Shown here: piece after piece, positions 49,656 through 62,862 of the stretch
How the letters are laid out: every line of letters starts with the position of its first letter
Position numbering within the stretch: position 1 is the first letter of the stretch
NCBI GenBank assembly: GCA_964016885.1
Contig: OZ024747.1
Location: forward strand, 88,226,001-88,290,000
Source of the DNA: Eledone cirrhosa
Taxonomy: Eukaryota
Reading direction: 5' to 3'
DNA: 64,000 bases
Position numbers and translations under genes: made by a program
The notes under the pieces: generated by a model
Database searches by the model: none
What the model saw: only the letters and a program-made list of their open reading frames with translations
What the model was told of the DNA's origin: nothing

Positions 49656-50732
49656 GTAAGTAGTTAATGTCAAAAAGAAAATAAAGAACATTAAAATTCT
49701 AAAATATTTAAGTGTTTTAGTTTGCTTGAAGCATTGTGGAACAAGAAATACAAATTTAACTAGGAATTATGTTTAATTATTTGGAAGCCCAACAATATGT
49801 GTGAGATTATACGTGCCAAGGTAATAGGGAATAGAGAAAATAGGACAAAAGTACTGAGAAAAGAGTGAGAACGGTAGAATTTTACCTTAGCATTTTTAAT
49901 GATTCCAAATAGTTTCGGATTTACAATCAAGGGAAGCTGGGGGGACTCAGAGAGCAATCTGAGAAGAGTTGTTGATGGCTGGTCGATTTAATTTGAATGA
50001 ATGAAAAACAAAAAATATATCTGTATCTTAACTTAATTGGGAAACTATTAAGAGTAAATGATTAATAAAGGAGTGAATTGGCAGAATTGTTAGAACAGTT
50101 GTTAGAATGGCAGTTAGAATGCTTTACAATAGTTATTCTAACTCTGTTCAAGTCCTGCTAAAAGGTTGATAGTGTATGCTTAATAAGCAAATGTAACTTT
50201 TATAGTTTAAAATTATCTCCAAAATGTAACACTGCTTCATAGCAATAAAGTATGTACTAAAAACTATGATTAAAGAATTAAGTTTTTATTATATTGGTGG
50301 CTTATTGTATGTTTAATATCAATTTAATGAGTAACTTTCTTTTTTATTCATTGTGATGAAAAGAAAGAGTTTACAAATATTATCTAATAAAAAATAAAAT
50401 GATAATTATTATATTCTTATATTTGGGGAGAGTCATGTCCTAATATTGTCAACAAAAAGTAAAACACATTCATTGTTTGGATTGGTTTTTGCTTCAGTAT
50501 ATTTTATAAATAATTTAGCTGGCAATCAATGTTTATCATTGATTGACCAGCAGTTAAAAATATGAATATAAATATAATTTCTCAAAGTTCTTTTGTCACA
50601 CATTTCTGTGACATCTTCAGTGATGATTGCTGTGTTTCATCCCATTGTGTTTCTATAATGATTTTTTGGTTGTCTCTGTTTGCATAGGCATTTGTATGCA
50701 TGTATTATATTTTAATTTCCATTTTTATTTAG

Positions 50733-50870
50733 ATTTATTTAGCAGCATTTGCTGTCAGTTGCTATGCAAGTTCAGCGCATCGTGCTGGACACAAGCCATT
50801 CAACCCAATCCTAGGAGAAACATATGAATGTATCCGAGAAGATAAAGGATGGCGTTTTATTTCTGAACAG
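50733..50870 (+). CDS. OSBPL6: ORP exon h
   Basis: [46 protein letters not shown]. Confidence 0.96.
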
Positions 50871-51367
50871 GTTAACTAATTTTATTATATTTTAGTTGCT
50901 TTATTGAAAGTTTATTCTTATTTTTGATATTTTCTTATGTAGATTAAATACCATAGTATTTGTTCCAGCTTTGCATTCTGAGTTGGAAATCTGCCTCCTG
51001 CCACCAAAAAAAAACAGCAACATTTAAACAGCTGAGAAGTGCTTATCTGTAACTCAGAGGGCTCCCCCTCACTCCTTACCTCCGTTTTCGGAAAAAAAGA
51101 GCCATTGGCAAGTGAGTCAGATGTCAGATCATTAAAAAACAAATGGGAATGAATCTAAAGCTATTTGATTGCAAAGAGAACTCCTTAACTACATTGCCAT
51201 GCTTGTAACTATATATAAAATTAGAAATAGAAGCTTTCGCCATATTTTTTACTAAAGAAATTTTAGCCTGATAGTGGGGTTTAGAACCCACAAATAAATG
51301 GAAATATATGGTGAAAGCTTTTATTTCTAATTTCAAACTCACTTGCTGTCTCAAAACATACTTTCCT

Positions 51368-51613
51368 GTCACACACTAGAGATGACTGAGGAAGGAAGGG
51401 GTGATGACGTCACATGCTAGAGATGACTGAGGAAGGAAGGGGTGATAACGTCACATGTTAGAGATGACTGAGGAAGGAAGGGGTGATAACGTCACATGCT
51501 AGAGATGACTGAGGAAGGAAGGGGTGATAACGTCACACGCTAGAGATGACTGAGGAAGGAAGGGGTGATGATATCACACACTAGAGATGACTGAGGAAGG
51601 AAGGGGTGATGAC
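51368..51613. repeat. 41-bp minisatellite, ~6 copies
   Basis: Unit CTAGAGATGACTGAGGAAGGAAGGGGTGATRACGTCACAYG. Confidence 0.93.
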
Positions 51614-51758
51614 AAACTACAGAAAACAGTGTCTAACATTCACTACATTTGTGTGTACAATCTACATATACACACGTGTCAGCATGTTGAAAAACATTGT
51701 AGTATATGGAAAAATCAATTTGAAACATTTCAGTAATTATTGTTTCAACTATTTTCAG

Positions 51759-51822
51759 GTTAGCCACCACCCTCCAATATCAGCTTGTCACTGTGATTCT
51801 AGAAATTTTATTTTTTGGCAAG
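51759..51822 (+). CDS. OSBPL6: ORP exon i
   Basis: [21 protein letters not shown], completing EQVSHHPP. Confidence 0.96.
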
Positions 51823-52028
51823 GTGAGTTTATTCTTTTATTCATTTGCTTGTTGTTTCAGTCATTAGACTGAGGCCGTTGCTTTCAAAGTATTTAGTCGA
51901 ACATATCAATCCCACTACTTTTAAAAAAGTTTAGTAGTTATAACTACTAAACTTTTTAAGTTTAGCAAATTGAAATGTAATTTATATATATATTATATTA
52001 TTTATTTTTGTTCATACAAGGATCAAAG

Positions 52029-52112
52029 GCGCGATCCAAGGTTTCAAGACCCAAATTTGACCATACCTCCAGAATACAAGAGGCATCAAATTAGTGACCT
52101 TTCTTCAGGCGC
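52029..52112 (-). ncRNA. Near-intact hammerhead with long helix II (PLE-A pLTR family)
   Basis: gcgc-CTGAAGA-aaggtc..aatttga tgcctc[loop]gaggta..tcaaatt..ggtctt-GAAA-ccttgg-ATC-gcgc. One extra A before the cleavage site. Confidence 0.72.
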
Positions 52113-52212
52113 TTATACGAGTTTTTCTTTTTTCTTTTCACTCCTACGGGTATTACTACATACACTTACATATATATATATATATATATATATACATTAT
52201 ATTATATATATG

Positions 52213-52243
<31 letters not shown>

Positions 52244-52297
52244 CATTATCATTATTGCATTTATTATTACATACATTTGTTCTATTCCTATTTTTAG

Positions 52298-52376
52298 ATG
52301 TGCGAATAAGAACGAGATTCTGGGGGAAATCAATGGAAATACAACCTATTGGAAATGTTAATGTCTTTCTACCAAA
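52298..52376 (+). CDS. OSBPL6: ORP exon j
   Basis: DVRIRTRFWGKSMEIQPIGNVNVFLPK. Confidence 0.95.
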
Positions 52377-52489
52377 GTAAGAACATTTCTGATTTTTTAC
52401 TTTAATCTTTTGATACCAGCCTGTTCAATACTGCCTTTGGTTCTATGAAATAAAACCACTCATTTTAAAGTGTTCTTACTAAAATGAAA

Positions 52490-52680
52490 ATATTTGTTTC
52501 TACTTTAGGCACAAGGCCAGCAATTACCCAGTTCATTACTGGTACTTTATTTTATCGACCCCCGTAAGGATGAAAGGCAAAGTCAACCTCGGCGGGATTT
52601 GAACTCGGATCGTAAAGGGACGTAACTATGCTGGAAAGCATGGCGTCCGACCCTCTACCGATACTGCCAATCCACCACCT
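52490..52680 (-). mobile_element. SINE family S2
   Basis: Reverse complement of the S2 consensus. Confidence 0.83.
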
Positions 52681-53295
52681 AAAATGAAAATATTGCAACA
52701 TAATTTGACAACTTTTTCTTAAAGACTATAAAAACTTTTAAATTTAGTAAATCCCTCCAAATTCAGGCAAATACATGTTTCATTGGAAATATGGTAATGA
52801 AAAGGTTAAGACAACAGGGTGTGATATGAGAAAGTTTTAGTTGCTGGGAACTTGGTGCCTTTGTGTTCGGACCTGGTGTATATGCATATGTTTCACGCAC
52901 ACTCACACTGAGGCAATTTAATTTGATAATGCCATAATAATAAAGTAGAGCCTTGGTACTGTAGTAAGTAGAAGACATGCTCTATAGAAGTATTAACTGT
53001 AGTATTTACTAAAAGGGTTGGCACCAGGAAGATCATCTGATCATAAAACATTCTCTCAAAAAAAGGATCTCATATTGAATATGTAACCTGTCATGGGGCC
53101 CACAAATTTAACCCCTGCTTTAGCAGAGAAAATGGCCTTAAAATGTTTGATGTATTTATTGATTTGTTTCTCTTGTAAATCATTTATTAATTTTCATTGT
53201 ATAAATTATATTTAAAAGATTAATTGGGATCTCAACAGACAACTGAAAGGAATAATTAAATTTTGATATACATATCTTTTGTCTGTCAATTCTAG

Positions 53296-53431
53296 ATATA
53301 ATGATCATTACCAATGGAATAAAGTTACAACATGTGTGCATAACCTACTTGGTGGCCAACGATGGGTTGACCAATATGGAGAGATGCATATGAGAAATGG
53401 GGACATATCCTGCAAAATTACTTTTACAAAA
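53296..53431 (+). CDS. OSBPL6: ORP exon k
   Basis: YNDHYQWNKVTTCVHNLLGGQRWVDQYGEM..CKITFTK. Confidence 0.95.
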
Positions 53432-53876
53432 GTATGTACTTTTTTATTTCTTTTTTGATTAAAATGTTATCATTGTTGTGAAGATGTGTCTTTTGAGTTA
53501 ACCTTTTAGCATTTACATTACTGTATCTTCAGTCTGGGGAAGTACCCCTGTGAGGTGGGGTGGCTGTTGCAGTGGGTGTCCTGGCCATTGCCTGTGGGAA
53601 TGCTTTTGCAGTATTGTCCATGGGTAGCCCCTTCCGGTTGCTTATTATTGTACAGCAATTGTATATGTTTACGAGAGCCAGAAGCATCGAAGAAAAAAAA
53701 AAAAATGGTCAAAATATACATGTTTGTGCTGAGAGCGGAAGGCATCAGTTAGGCCACATAACATTATATCCCAATCCATTTAGTCTCACTCCATTGTGTT
53801 TTTTTCCTGTGTATATTAAATATTTTTATTTATTTATTTCAATTTTATTATTTTGCTTTGTTTTGTGTTTCTACAG

Positions 53877-54024
53877 GCTAGTTATTGGTCAGGGAAGAGA
53901 CATGAGATTTATGGTCAAATATTTAACCAAGATAACAAAGTGGTCCATAATTTATTTGGTAAATGGAATGAAGCTATTTACTGTGGTGCTTCTGCCCCAT
54001 CTGCTCGCTGTATATGGAGACCTG
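53877..54024 (+). CDS. OSBPL6: ORP exon l
   Basis: ASYWSGKRHEIYG..LFGKWNEAIYCG..CIWRP. Confidence 0.95.
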
Positions 54025-54083
54025 GTAAAGTGATGTTTACTTTTTTAATATAAAGATCATAAAATATATGCTCACTCTTTCAG

Positions 54084-54118
<35 letters not shown>

Positions 54119-54784
54119 ATATATATATAAAATTATTATTTAAAACATCACATTCCAGAAGAGGGTGAATAAGATTTATTGCATAACAATACTTGACTGG
54201 TGCTATATTTTATCAACCATGGAAGGATGAAAATCAATGTTGACATTGGTAGTAATAGTATTTTGTTGTGATTTAATGCAATAAAAATTATGAAAAACCA
54301 TGTAGGGAATGTAAAGAACCAGAACAAATGCTGCTAAAACATTTTTAATAGAGCAGAAAAAATTCCATTTTCTTTAATATTATGAAGTTGCTAGTCATAG
54401 TGTGCAATAGGTACAGAGTATTATTTTTACAGTTTGTGTGTATATAATCTCTCACTCTCTCATGTATGAAATAATATGAAGACAGATGTTATGTTTACAT
54501 AATTGTATTTATATCAAATACAATTAATACACATCTGTCTTAACATTATTTCATGCATGAAAACTCTATTGTGTTAATCACCAACACTATACTGGGTATA
54601 TTTGATTGATGTGGAGTGTTTTTAACTGCTTGAATTGGTTTATCTTCGTAAGGATGCAATGCAACCTTCACAGATAAACACCATAATAATTAGCTATATA
54701 TATATTTGTAATTCCTTTTATTACTGTTCAAATTCCTCTTCTATTTAAAAAATCTTTACATGTTTTAAATATCTATTTTAACAG

Positions 54785-54911
54785 GTACCATGACTGATGA
54801 TCATGCTCTCTATTATGGTTTCTCTCGGTTTGCAATTGAACTAAATGAACTGAATGAAGAGGAAGCACGTTTCCTTCCTCCCACAGACAGTAGATTCCGG
54901 CCTGATCAAAG
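54785..54911 (+). CDS. OSBPL6: ORP exon m
   Basis: [27 protein letters not shown]. Confidence 0.96.
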
Positions 54912-55499
54912 GTATTCCTCATTCAACGTTGTTAATTCTTTATATGTTGGTTAACCTTTTTGATTCCAAACTATCTGAAGCCATCTCTGGTTTTATGATA
55001 CAAAACTTCTTGTTTAAATTAAAACTTTCCATCATCAGCTTTTCAAACTTTTATTACCATATTTCTAGTGAAATACACTGCCTATAATTTTCAAATTATT
55101 TTGAAAATAATGAAAACTTTTATGAAATTTAGTAATATAAATAATTTTCTCATGATTAAGCTGGTGTGTACTCAAACATTGCCACCCCCAATATTATGAG
55201 CCTGGAAGGTGTGTAGGAGTATTCTCTGTCTTGCAGAACTGCAGGCACAGGCCAGGTCTTGGTCAGTCCCAGCAGATAGAATGGAGAAAGCATTGCCTGA
55301 AAAGATGGCAAGGGAGCTGCATTTGAATAACCATTACAACTAATGTGGTTCACTCCTGCAGGTGGAAGGTGTTTATAAACACTTTCAAATAAACAGTTTA
55401 GTATTTTAGAACAAAGGGCAGTTTCAGGTAGTGTGATATTCCTAAAGTTAATATTTTGTTTTATTTTATTTTTTACCTTTTATTTTCTCTTCTCTGCAG

Positions 55500-55622
55500 A
55501 CTTTTAGAAGAAGGTAAAATGTCTGAATCAGAATTAGAAAAAATTCGAATAGAGCAATTACAGCGAGATAAGAGGCGGCAAAGAGACGAATTGAAACTAA
55601 CATATATGCCTCAATGGTTCAG
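55500..55622 (+). CDS. OSBPL6: ORP exon n
   Basis: LLEEGKMSESELEKIRIEQLQR..PQWF. Confidence 0.94.
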
Positions 55623-56497
55623 GTAAAAGTTAAACCTTTTTATGACACTATTTCTAATGAAATACACTTTATTTTAATTAATAAATGAAGAATTTACAGT
55701 ATTTCCTTGTGTATGATATGACTTGAGTATAAGGCCCCTTTCTGAAGCTAAAAATAATGGGTACAAATTACATCTTTGGAGTACATCTTTGTCTAGGTAA
55801 AGTTTGTGTAAACTTGTACCCTGTTATCCATCAAAATATCTATCTCACACATATATTTCACTAAAATGATGTTCTTATGATGTTGAAGAATGTAAAACAA
55901 TTGCATTTAGTAAAGAATTTTTATCAATACATAATTGCAATCTTGCCATTTGAAATTAGTATTTTTAAGTTCAGTAAAACTTTCTGAAAATGTACAATAT
56001 AATGTGTCTTTATTGTCATTAATATTAATTCAGAATTTTTTGTATTATACACTAGAAAATATAGTACTAAAATTATTTTACTATGAAGTTGGTATTTGTA
56101 ACATTACTTAAAAAATGGTTCTTATATGGGAGGTTTTGATTTAAAGTTTTCCTAGAAACACTTTAAAGAACCTTGTCTGATGTTTTAATGATTCCCTCAA
56201 ACCACTGCCAAGGACTGTTACATTATTTTAGTAACTTTGTAATGATGAAAGGTAAATTTACTTAGAATGCAGGTAGCCAGAATAAATACAGTTGCAAATC
56301 AAGTAAATAAGATTACAAATTCCTTTTTATTTATCATCTTAAGTATTTTGATTAAGGTGTTTACTTATCTTATCACAAAACTATGTTCTCCTCAATTTGC
56401 TTGATTTTCAAATGTCCTTTTTATGCTTTTTATTTTCAAAATTGCTTCAATTTTTTGTTGGAAAAATTGTATATATTTTTGTATTATTTTCTTACAG

Positions 56498-56603
56498 AAA
56501 ACTTGAAGTAAATGGAAAAGAGTTTTATGAATTTACTCGAGAATATTGGGAAAAGAGAAAGGAACCTGGTTTTACCAGAATGTCTCTTCCTAAGTTATGG
56601 TGA
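56498..56603 (+). CDS. OSBPL6: ORP terminal coding exon
   Basis: KLEVNGKEFYEFTREYWEKRKEPGFTRMSLPKLW*. Confidence 0.93.
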
Positions 56604-57909
56604 TGGAGTTAACTCAGCAGGGATTTATTGATTGTGGCTGTGAGCTGATGACTGAATTTCTATTAATCAACAACACAAAGAAGTTGAAACAAGATTTTCT
56701 TTCTTTATAAACCATGTGATAGAACAGAAGATGACTGTTGTGGTTTGCTCATTTCTTGAATAATCCAATACTAGTTTCATAATACTGCAGGTTTTAAGTC
56801 CAGTGTGACTGTTAGTTCATATGACATCGTGGTCAAATATTACCACAGGACTTTCTTCAAACATCTTTCTTTGATTACCAAGAATGGCAATCCATACATG
56901 TAGAAATACTATTGCCTTGCCAGAAAATTAAACAACTGATTGCCTTGCATGCACTCTAATAATAATTTTGGCAGAGCCCTTGGCCAACTGCTGATTCCAG
57001 TTAGCTTAAAGAGCGATGGCAGATAATTTGCCATTTTAAAAATCCCAGATCACTTTGAAATTAAAAAAATAACGATAATCAGTAAAAAGAAGAAAGAGTG
57101 AAAAGGAAATCATAACAAAAGAAATTAAAATACAGACCCCCAAAAAAAAAACAACAACAACACTTCTCAAATGTTTGGAAACTTAGTATTTAGCCACCAG
57201 ACGTTCTTGCTCTGCTCTGAGTGGTTAAATCATATCAGATATCCACAGGCACCTTTGGATGTTTATTTCAAAAAAACTTTATTATGGATATGAAATCTGT
57301 ACAGACATAGGGTGAATTACAATTACATTATCTATAAATTGTCAATTAAGTTTTGCTTACAGATACCTTTTTACTTTTTAGATGCCCACATGTTAAATAA
57401 TAGGTCTGATTGAGTTTAAGATACTTTAATTTTGTAGCCTTCTCTACTAAAAAAAAATACAAAACAAAAACATTTGTCCAATTAACTAACTCAGTGTCAA
57501 TATTTCGGAATGCTAGTCATGAAGTAGATTTAGAACTTAAATTCAGTAACAATGCAAACATTATTTGATAAGAAGCCTCTCTCACAGACTGGTGTTTTTT
57601 TACCCCTCTTCCTAATCTAATAGTTTTATTGCAAACAATACTGATATATAGCAGCCGATGGTACATGATACAAGCTATACAGTAACTCTTTGCTTTCACT
57701 TTTAGACACTTACACTGCACATTTTGGGAGTTGACAACATGAAATTTGTCAAAATATGAATTAAATTAGTGAGAAAATGTCATATTTACTTTAATTTGGT
57801 ATTTTTAGCTAAAGTTAATTACAATTTGTTTTTGTTTTCAACATTTCAACTAAACTCAAACAGAAAATATTAAGAAGTCCCTTGAAACTTTTATTAAAAA
57901 CATTCAAAA

Positions 57910-57946
<37 letters not shown>

Positions 57947-58164
57947 ACATGACCCTCCCAAAGTATAACAATATTAAAAAATATGTAAATTATTAAACAT
58001 ATGAAACCGAGCAGTGATTGACTGTGTTTTTGCTGTCTTGAGAGCACTTGCCTACACAGAGATATATCTTAATCAAATGAAGTTACCGTCCCATTCTTTC
58101 TTTACTATTTTATTACCCATTTTATTTTCATTATCTCTGTTATAGACTCATTTCCAAGTTTCAG

Positions 58165-58257
<93 letters not shown>

Positions 58258-58422
58258 CGCGTGAGTGTGCATGTATAACCTATTTCAGATTATCCCACTT
58301 AGGGTGAAAGCAGAAAATCATTGCTTAAATTTTTAATCTGTATTAATTATATATATATGTATATGTGTGTGTATATATATATATAATCGCCATCACCGTA
58401 TATATATATATACATACATATA

Positions 58423-58595
58423 TGAGGGTTAGCTGAAAAGTTCAGAGACTGACTATGTAGGAGTGATGCTAGAGCTGTGAAATCTTGCATGCATTAATTT
58501 TAACTCTTATTAATAACTACATTGTTTCTTTCCAGGGATTATGTTGAAAAATAAACCTCATTTGGTCAGCCTATGAACTTTTCAGCTAACCCTCA
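58423..58595. mobile_element. mariner-type MITE
   Basis: TIRs TGAGGGTTAGCTGAAAAGTTCA / TGAACTTTTCAGCTAACCCTCA. TA on the left flank. Confidence 0.8.
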
Positions 58596-58659
<64 letters not shown>

Positions 58660-58679
58660 CATATATATTATATTATATT

Positions 58680-60014
58680 ATATTATATTATATTATTTAT
58701 GTTCATACACAGACCACAAAAGCACTACTTAAGGTTTCAAGACCCAATATTGGCCATATCTCCAGAATCTAAGAGGGATCAAAATAGTGACTTAATCTTC
58801 CACAGCTTCTTATAAACCATACCATAAGCCTAACGAAAAATTGAAATATATTAATAAAGCCTCATGCCCCCCTCCCTGCAGTTGTTAAAAGCTTACTTTC
58901 TAATATTAGTTGTAGAATCTCAAAACTATCAGCAACCAGGGATCTTACTACAACCAAGCCCTCATAGATTATGGTTCAAGATTAAGTACACACCCAATCA
59001 TTCCCAACCTAACCATACTGAAAATGCTAACAGAAAAAGAAAAATTATTTGGTTTGCAGCTCCTTTCCCCTTAAAGTAAAGATTAATGTACGTAAAAAGC
59101 TTTTAGATTTGATAGATAGATATTTCAACTACAACATAGATACAGTAAAATGTTCAATTGTAGTTTTGTCAAGATATTCATATGTCCCATCTATGAGATA
59201 AAAAATTACTGCAAAGAATATATCCAACATAAATCCAAGCTGCTTGTTAGATTAAAGAGAGAGAACTGCTCCCTCCAACAGAAATGTAATATCAAATCCA
59301 TTGTGTATGAGGCAGAGATTACACATGACACTACTGAAAATCATTTTAAACAACTTTTTTACTCACATCTTCGATTCTTCAGGAATCCTGATACGAGAAC
59401 CAGTACAGCCCTTGCAATTAAAAGAGAAAGGAGTCCCACATAAGATTATTTAGAAGATACTTGAAAGATACCTTAAACCAATGGTACACAGAGATGTCAT
59501 CTCTGTTTTAATGAGAAATTTAGAACGAAATATTTAGAGGATACCTCAATCTCAAAACCCACCTGCTTTGATTTATATATTTTCTTAATATTTTTTCTTT
59601 TTCCACACTTACACAATACAGTACACCTTCTATACTATTCTACTTCATACCTTCATAACTATTACAATCTCTATATTATATACCACCAAATAATACCATA
59701 CATCTGCTATAGGTGTAACCATACATCTAACAGGTGTACGACTATTTCAAATATTACAAATTGGTGTTATTTCCCTTCATTATAATATGTATTTGTAAAC
59801 GAACAGTTTAGCATTTTACTTTTAATGGCAAGCACCTGAAGATTATGTCACAATATTGATCCCTCCTACATTCTAATGATGTGGTCAATATTGGGCCTTA
59901 AAACTCTAAGTAGCATTTTTCTTTTATGTAGGAACATAAATATATAATATGATATATCAGCTCTCTTCCTAATTGAGTATTGTTTTTCTTTTTCCTTTTT
60001 CACACCTATGGATA

Positions 60015-60015
<1 letters not shown>
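58680..60015 (+). mobile_element. 5'-truncated PLE-A copy with inverted 5' pLTR and direct 3' pLTR
   Basis: The body from ~58811 reads YKPYHKPNEKLKYINKAS, IIWFAAPFP, CSLQQKCNIKSIVYEAEI. 58680-58806 is an inverted homologue of 59832-59955, and both contain a decayed long-helix-II HHR. Confidence 0.82.
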
Positions 60016-60070
<55 letters not shown>

Positions 60071-60758
60071 AAATCCCTTTCATATATCTAGTTGAGAAAC
60101 AGCTAGTATTATGTACATCCTTATGGGGTCGATAAAATAAAGTACCAGTAATGCACTGGGTAATTGCTGGCCTTGTGCCTAACGTAGAAACAATTATGTA
60201 CATACATATAGAATAACAAATGCACTCAGTTAAAGAAAGAATCAAGCCAAAATTGTCTAAAGTTCACCCATAGGTGCTTAAGGTCTTACTATATATATAT
60301 CTTGATCTGTACATTAACTAGTTACCTGCCTAAGTAAAACAATCAAATAAAACCGCATGGTGTTGTTAAACTAATGTCTTTCAGAAGGTAAATATTTCAG
60401 GATTGGTCATAATAAGTCCTGAAAACAGCAGTCAAAATAGGTTCTCTATGGCAATTCTACAAATTTAAAATTTGGAATAGTTATACTATAAACTATACTT
60501 GAAGACATTTGTTTCACCTGAACTGTCATCAAACTACTGACATCTGCCGCGCAGAATCCAATCAGCTCATATATACTTCTGTTCTGACTATAACCTTACA
60601 CAAGTTGACAAATTCCTCATGTGAAACACCTGTCGTCAAATATGGTTTGCTAAGTTGTTGTGGAACTAACTCTATACCGAACACATCCTTTGGACTGAGT
60701 GCTCTACCAACTTCGGATATAACCTCCTGGTTTTTACCACTATATGTATATATATATA

Positions 60759-60928
60759 TAGAAGTGGTTATACAACAGTTAGTTCACCATACCGAGAACA
60801 ATTGTTTCACCTTAGCGGATCCTCAGCTCGTAATGGACATGGTTATACGTCCATTACGAGTCGAGGATCCGCTAAGGTGAAACAATTGTTCTCGGTATGG
60901 TGAACTAACTGTTGTGTAACCACTTCTA
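60759..60928. repeat. ~80-bp-arm palindrome of an HHR-bearing repeat, next to a diverged direct copy
   Basis: Arms are 60759-60838 and 60849-60928. 60691-60745 is repeated at 60943-60997. Confidence 0.88.
60793..60830 (-). ncRNA. Minimal type I hammerhead ribozyme
   Basis: cgag-CTGAGGA-t cc gctaa gg t-GAAA-CAATTG-TT-ctcg. The opposite arm (60857-60894) has TCGAGGA in place of CTGAGGA. Confidence 0.78.
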
Positions 60929-60989
60929 CCTAACTCGTCCCATGGACTGAGTGCTCTACCACTACGGATATTACCTTCCAGTGTTCTAC

Positions 60990-61033
<44 letters not shown>

Positions 61034-61300
61034 TTGTTTGTATATAGGATATCTATAGATAAAATGCCAAAACAATGCTCAATCTATTGCAAGAGAGCTT
61101 ATTTAGCATAATAAAGTTTCATACACATAACAGTTATGGGCACCACTGAATAGTTGAAGAGGCTCTTCAAAACTGGCCTCTCTTCAGGTTTTTCATATTT
61201 TTGGGTGAGTGCCTGTACAGTGCTGGCCATAACTGGACCCTGAAACTAATGGTCACACATACATGTTAAGTGTATGAAACTTTATTTATGCTATATATAC

Positions 61301-61345
<45 letters not shown>

Positions 61346-61689
61346 TATATTCTATTATTCAATTGCGTGTTCCAGCCGACAGGCTGAGGCCATTCTGGGG
61401 CACTGCTATTGACGCTACACTTTCTACAGCCAGCTTTCCTTGGTTGGCCATTGATGCAAAGTGAAACCCTTTTTGCATTTTGCCTCACGCCGTGGGTTCA
61501 TCTGGGATGTTGGTCAGCAGAATGTCATGATGTTTGTTTGAACCCCAGGCTATTGCAGTATGTGGTCCTTGATGCAATGGATGAGATCTTTTGCACTATA
61601 CAGTGGTGTCTGTTTGTGGGCTGGTTCTACATTCAGTGCCAAAGTTTGGTGCTAGCCCAACCAGGATCTTCCATATGGGAATTCTTCTT

Positions 61690-62175
61690 GTTCTGTACTT
61701 GTATATGTAGACAAGTTGAGATCTTTGTTCCCTTCTCATACGGATTTTCTCGTCTCTGGGAATAATATTTTTGTGTTTGTTGGCCTTTCTTTCCAGGGCA
61801 AACCTAGAGCATATAGTTTGCATTATTTCCATGAATTGCTCAAGTTGTATGTTGACATCATCTCTAGAGAGACTGTTGGTCCAATTTTGCTTCAAGATCG
61901 CCTCCTGACTCCTTTTCCAGTTAACTTTTTGGAAGTTTAAGCTGGCTGCATATCTACAGTCTTCCTTGGACTATACATTACTATTTCTACTATGTTATGG
62001 TCCGAGAAATTCGTTGGTGTTACTTTCTCATTGAGGATGAGCTCCATGTTATTTGTAAAGCAGAGATCCAGGATATTCTCACCTTTTGTTGGATGAAGTA
62101 CCATTTATTCCATGAAAAGTCTGTTTGTAAGGTCCTGCAAGGATTTTGTCTGGCTTTGTTCAAGTGCTGTCATTC

Positions 62176-62180
<5 letters not shown>
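61690..62180 (-). mobile_element. CR1/Crack-like LINE fragment (EN-RT linker)
   Basis: Minus-strand remnant ENILDLCFTNN near 62050-62085, plus ORF 61596..61895 (NWTNSLS..IPRD..IRMRR). Confidence 0.55.
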
Positions 62181-62219
<39 letters not shown>

Positions 62220-62630
62220 AATATTTTTTTATTTTGTGTGTCTTACAATGATATTGGAATTGATGATATAACATAGTTAAGTTGCCTTATAATTTTGTTG
62301 TTGTCATTCAGTATAAATGTATATTGAGATATATCTACTAACTGCTGAGTGATTTCTCTTTTAAATGCTATGAAATGAGAAGTGATATGGAACAATTTTG
62401 GGGGAAGAGCTGGATCAACAAGCTTACTTTACTGAATTCTCTAATTAACATATCAAAGATGGAAGTTTTTTTTTCAGTAGATTATTATTATTTAAATTTG
62501 AGCAAAACCTTCTGGTCTTATCACTTTTAAGTTTGATTTAAATTAAACTTCAAAGTGATATTATTAGTCATAGTAGTAGTAATGGTAGTAATAGTGTTGT
62601 TGTTGTTGTTTTTTATTATTATTATTATTA

Positions 62631-62862
62631 GGGCGATGGATTGGCAGTATCGGTAGAGCGTCGAACAACATGCTTTGCAGCATAGAGTTATGGCCCTTTG
62701 CGTTCTGAGTTCAAATCTCGCTGAGGTTAGCTTTGCCTTTCATCCTTATGGGGGTTGATAAAATAAAGCACCAGTAATGCACTGGGGTCGATTTAATCGA
62801 TTTCCCCCTCCCCCAAAAATTGCTGGCCTTGTGCCTATAGTAGAAATCATTATTATTATTAT
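62631..62862 (+). mobile_element. SINE family S2, full length
   Basis: Same head, core and tail as the 25732 copy. (ATT)n on both sides. Confidence 0.85.

Noticed and set aside
51368-51613. CRISPR-like array
   Set aside because: The units are contiguous with no unique spacers, and the context is a eukaryotic intron.
61160-61195. CTGAAGA-gaggc...gcctc hairpin on the minus strand
   Set aside because: No GAAA or cleavage half follows.
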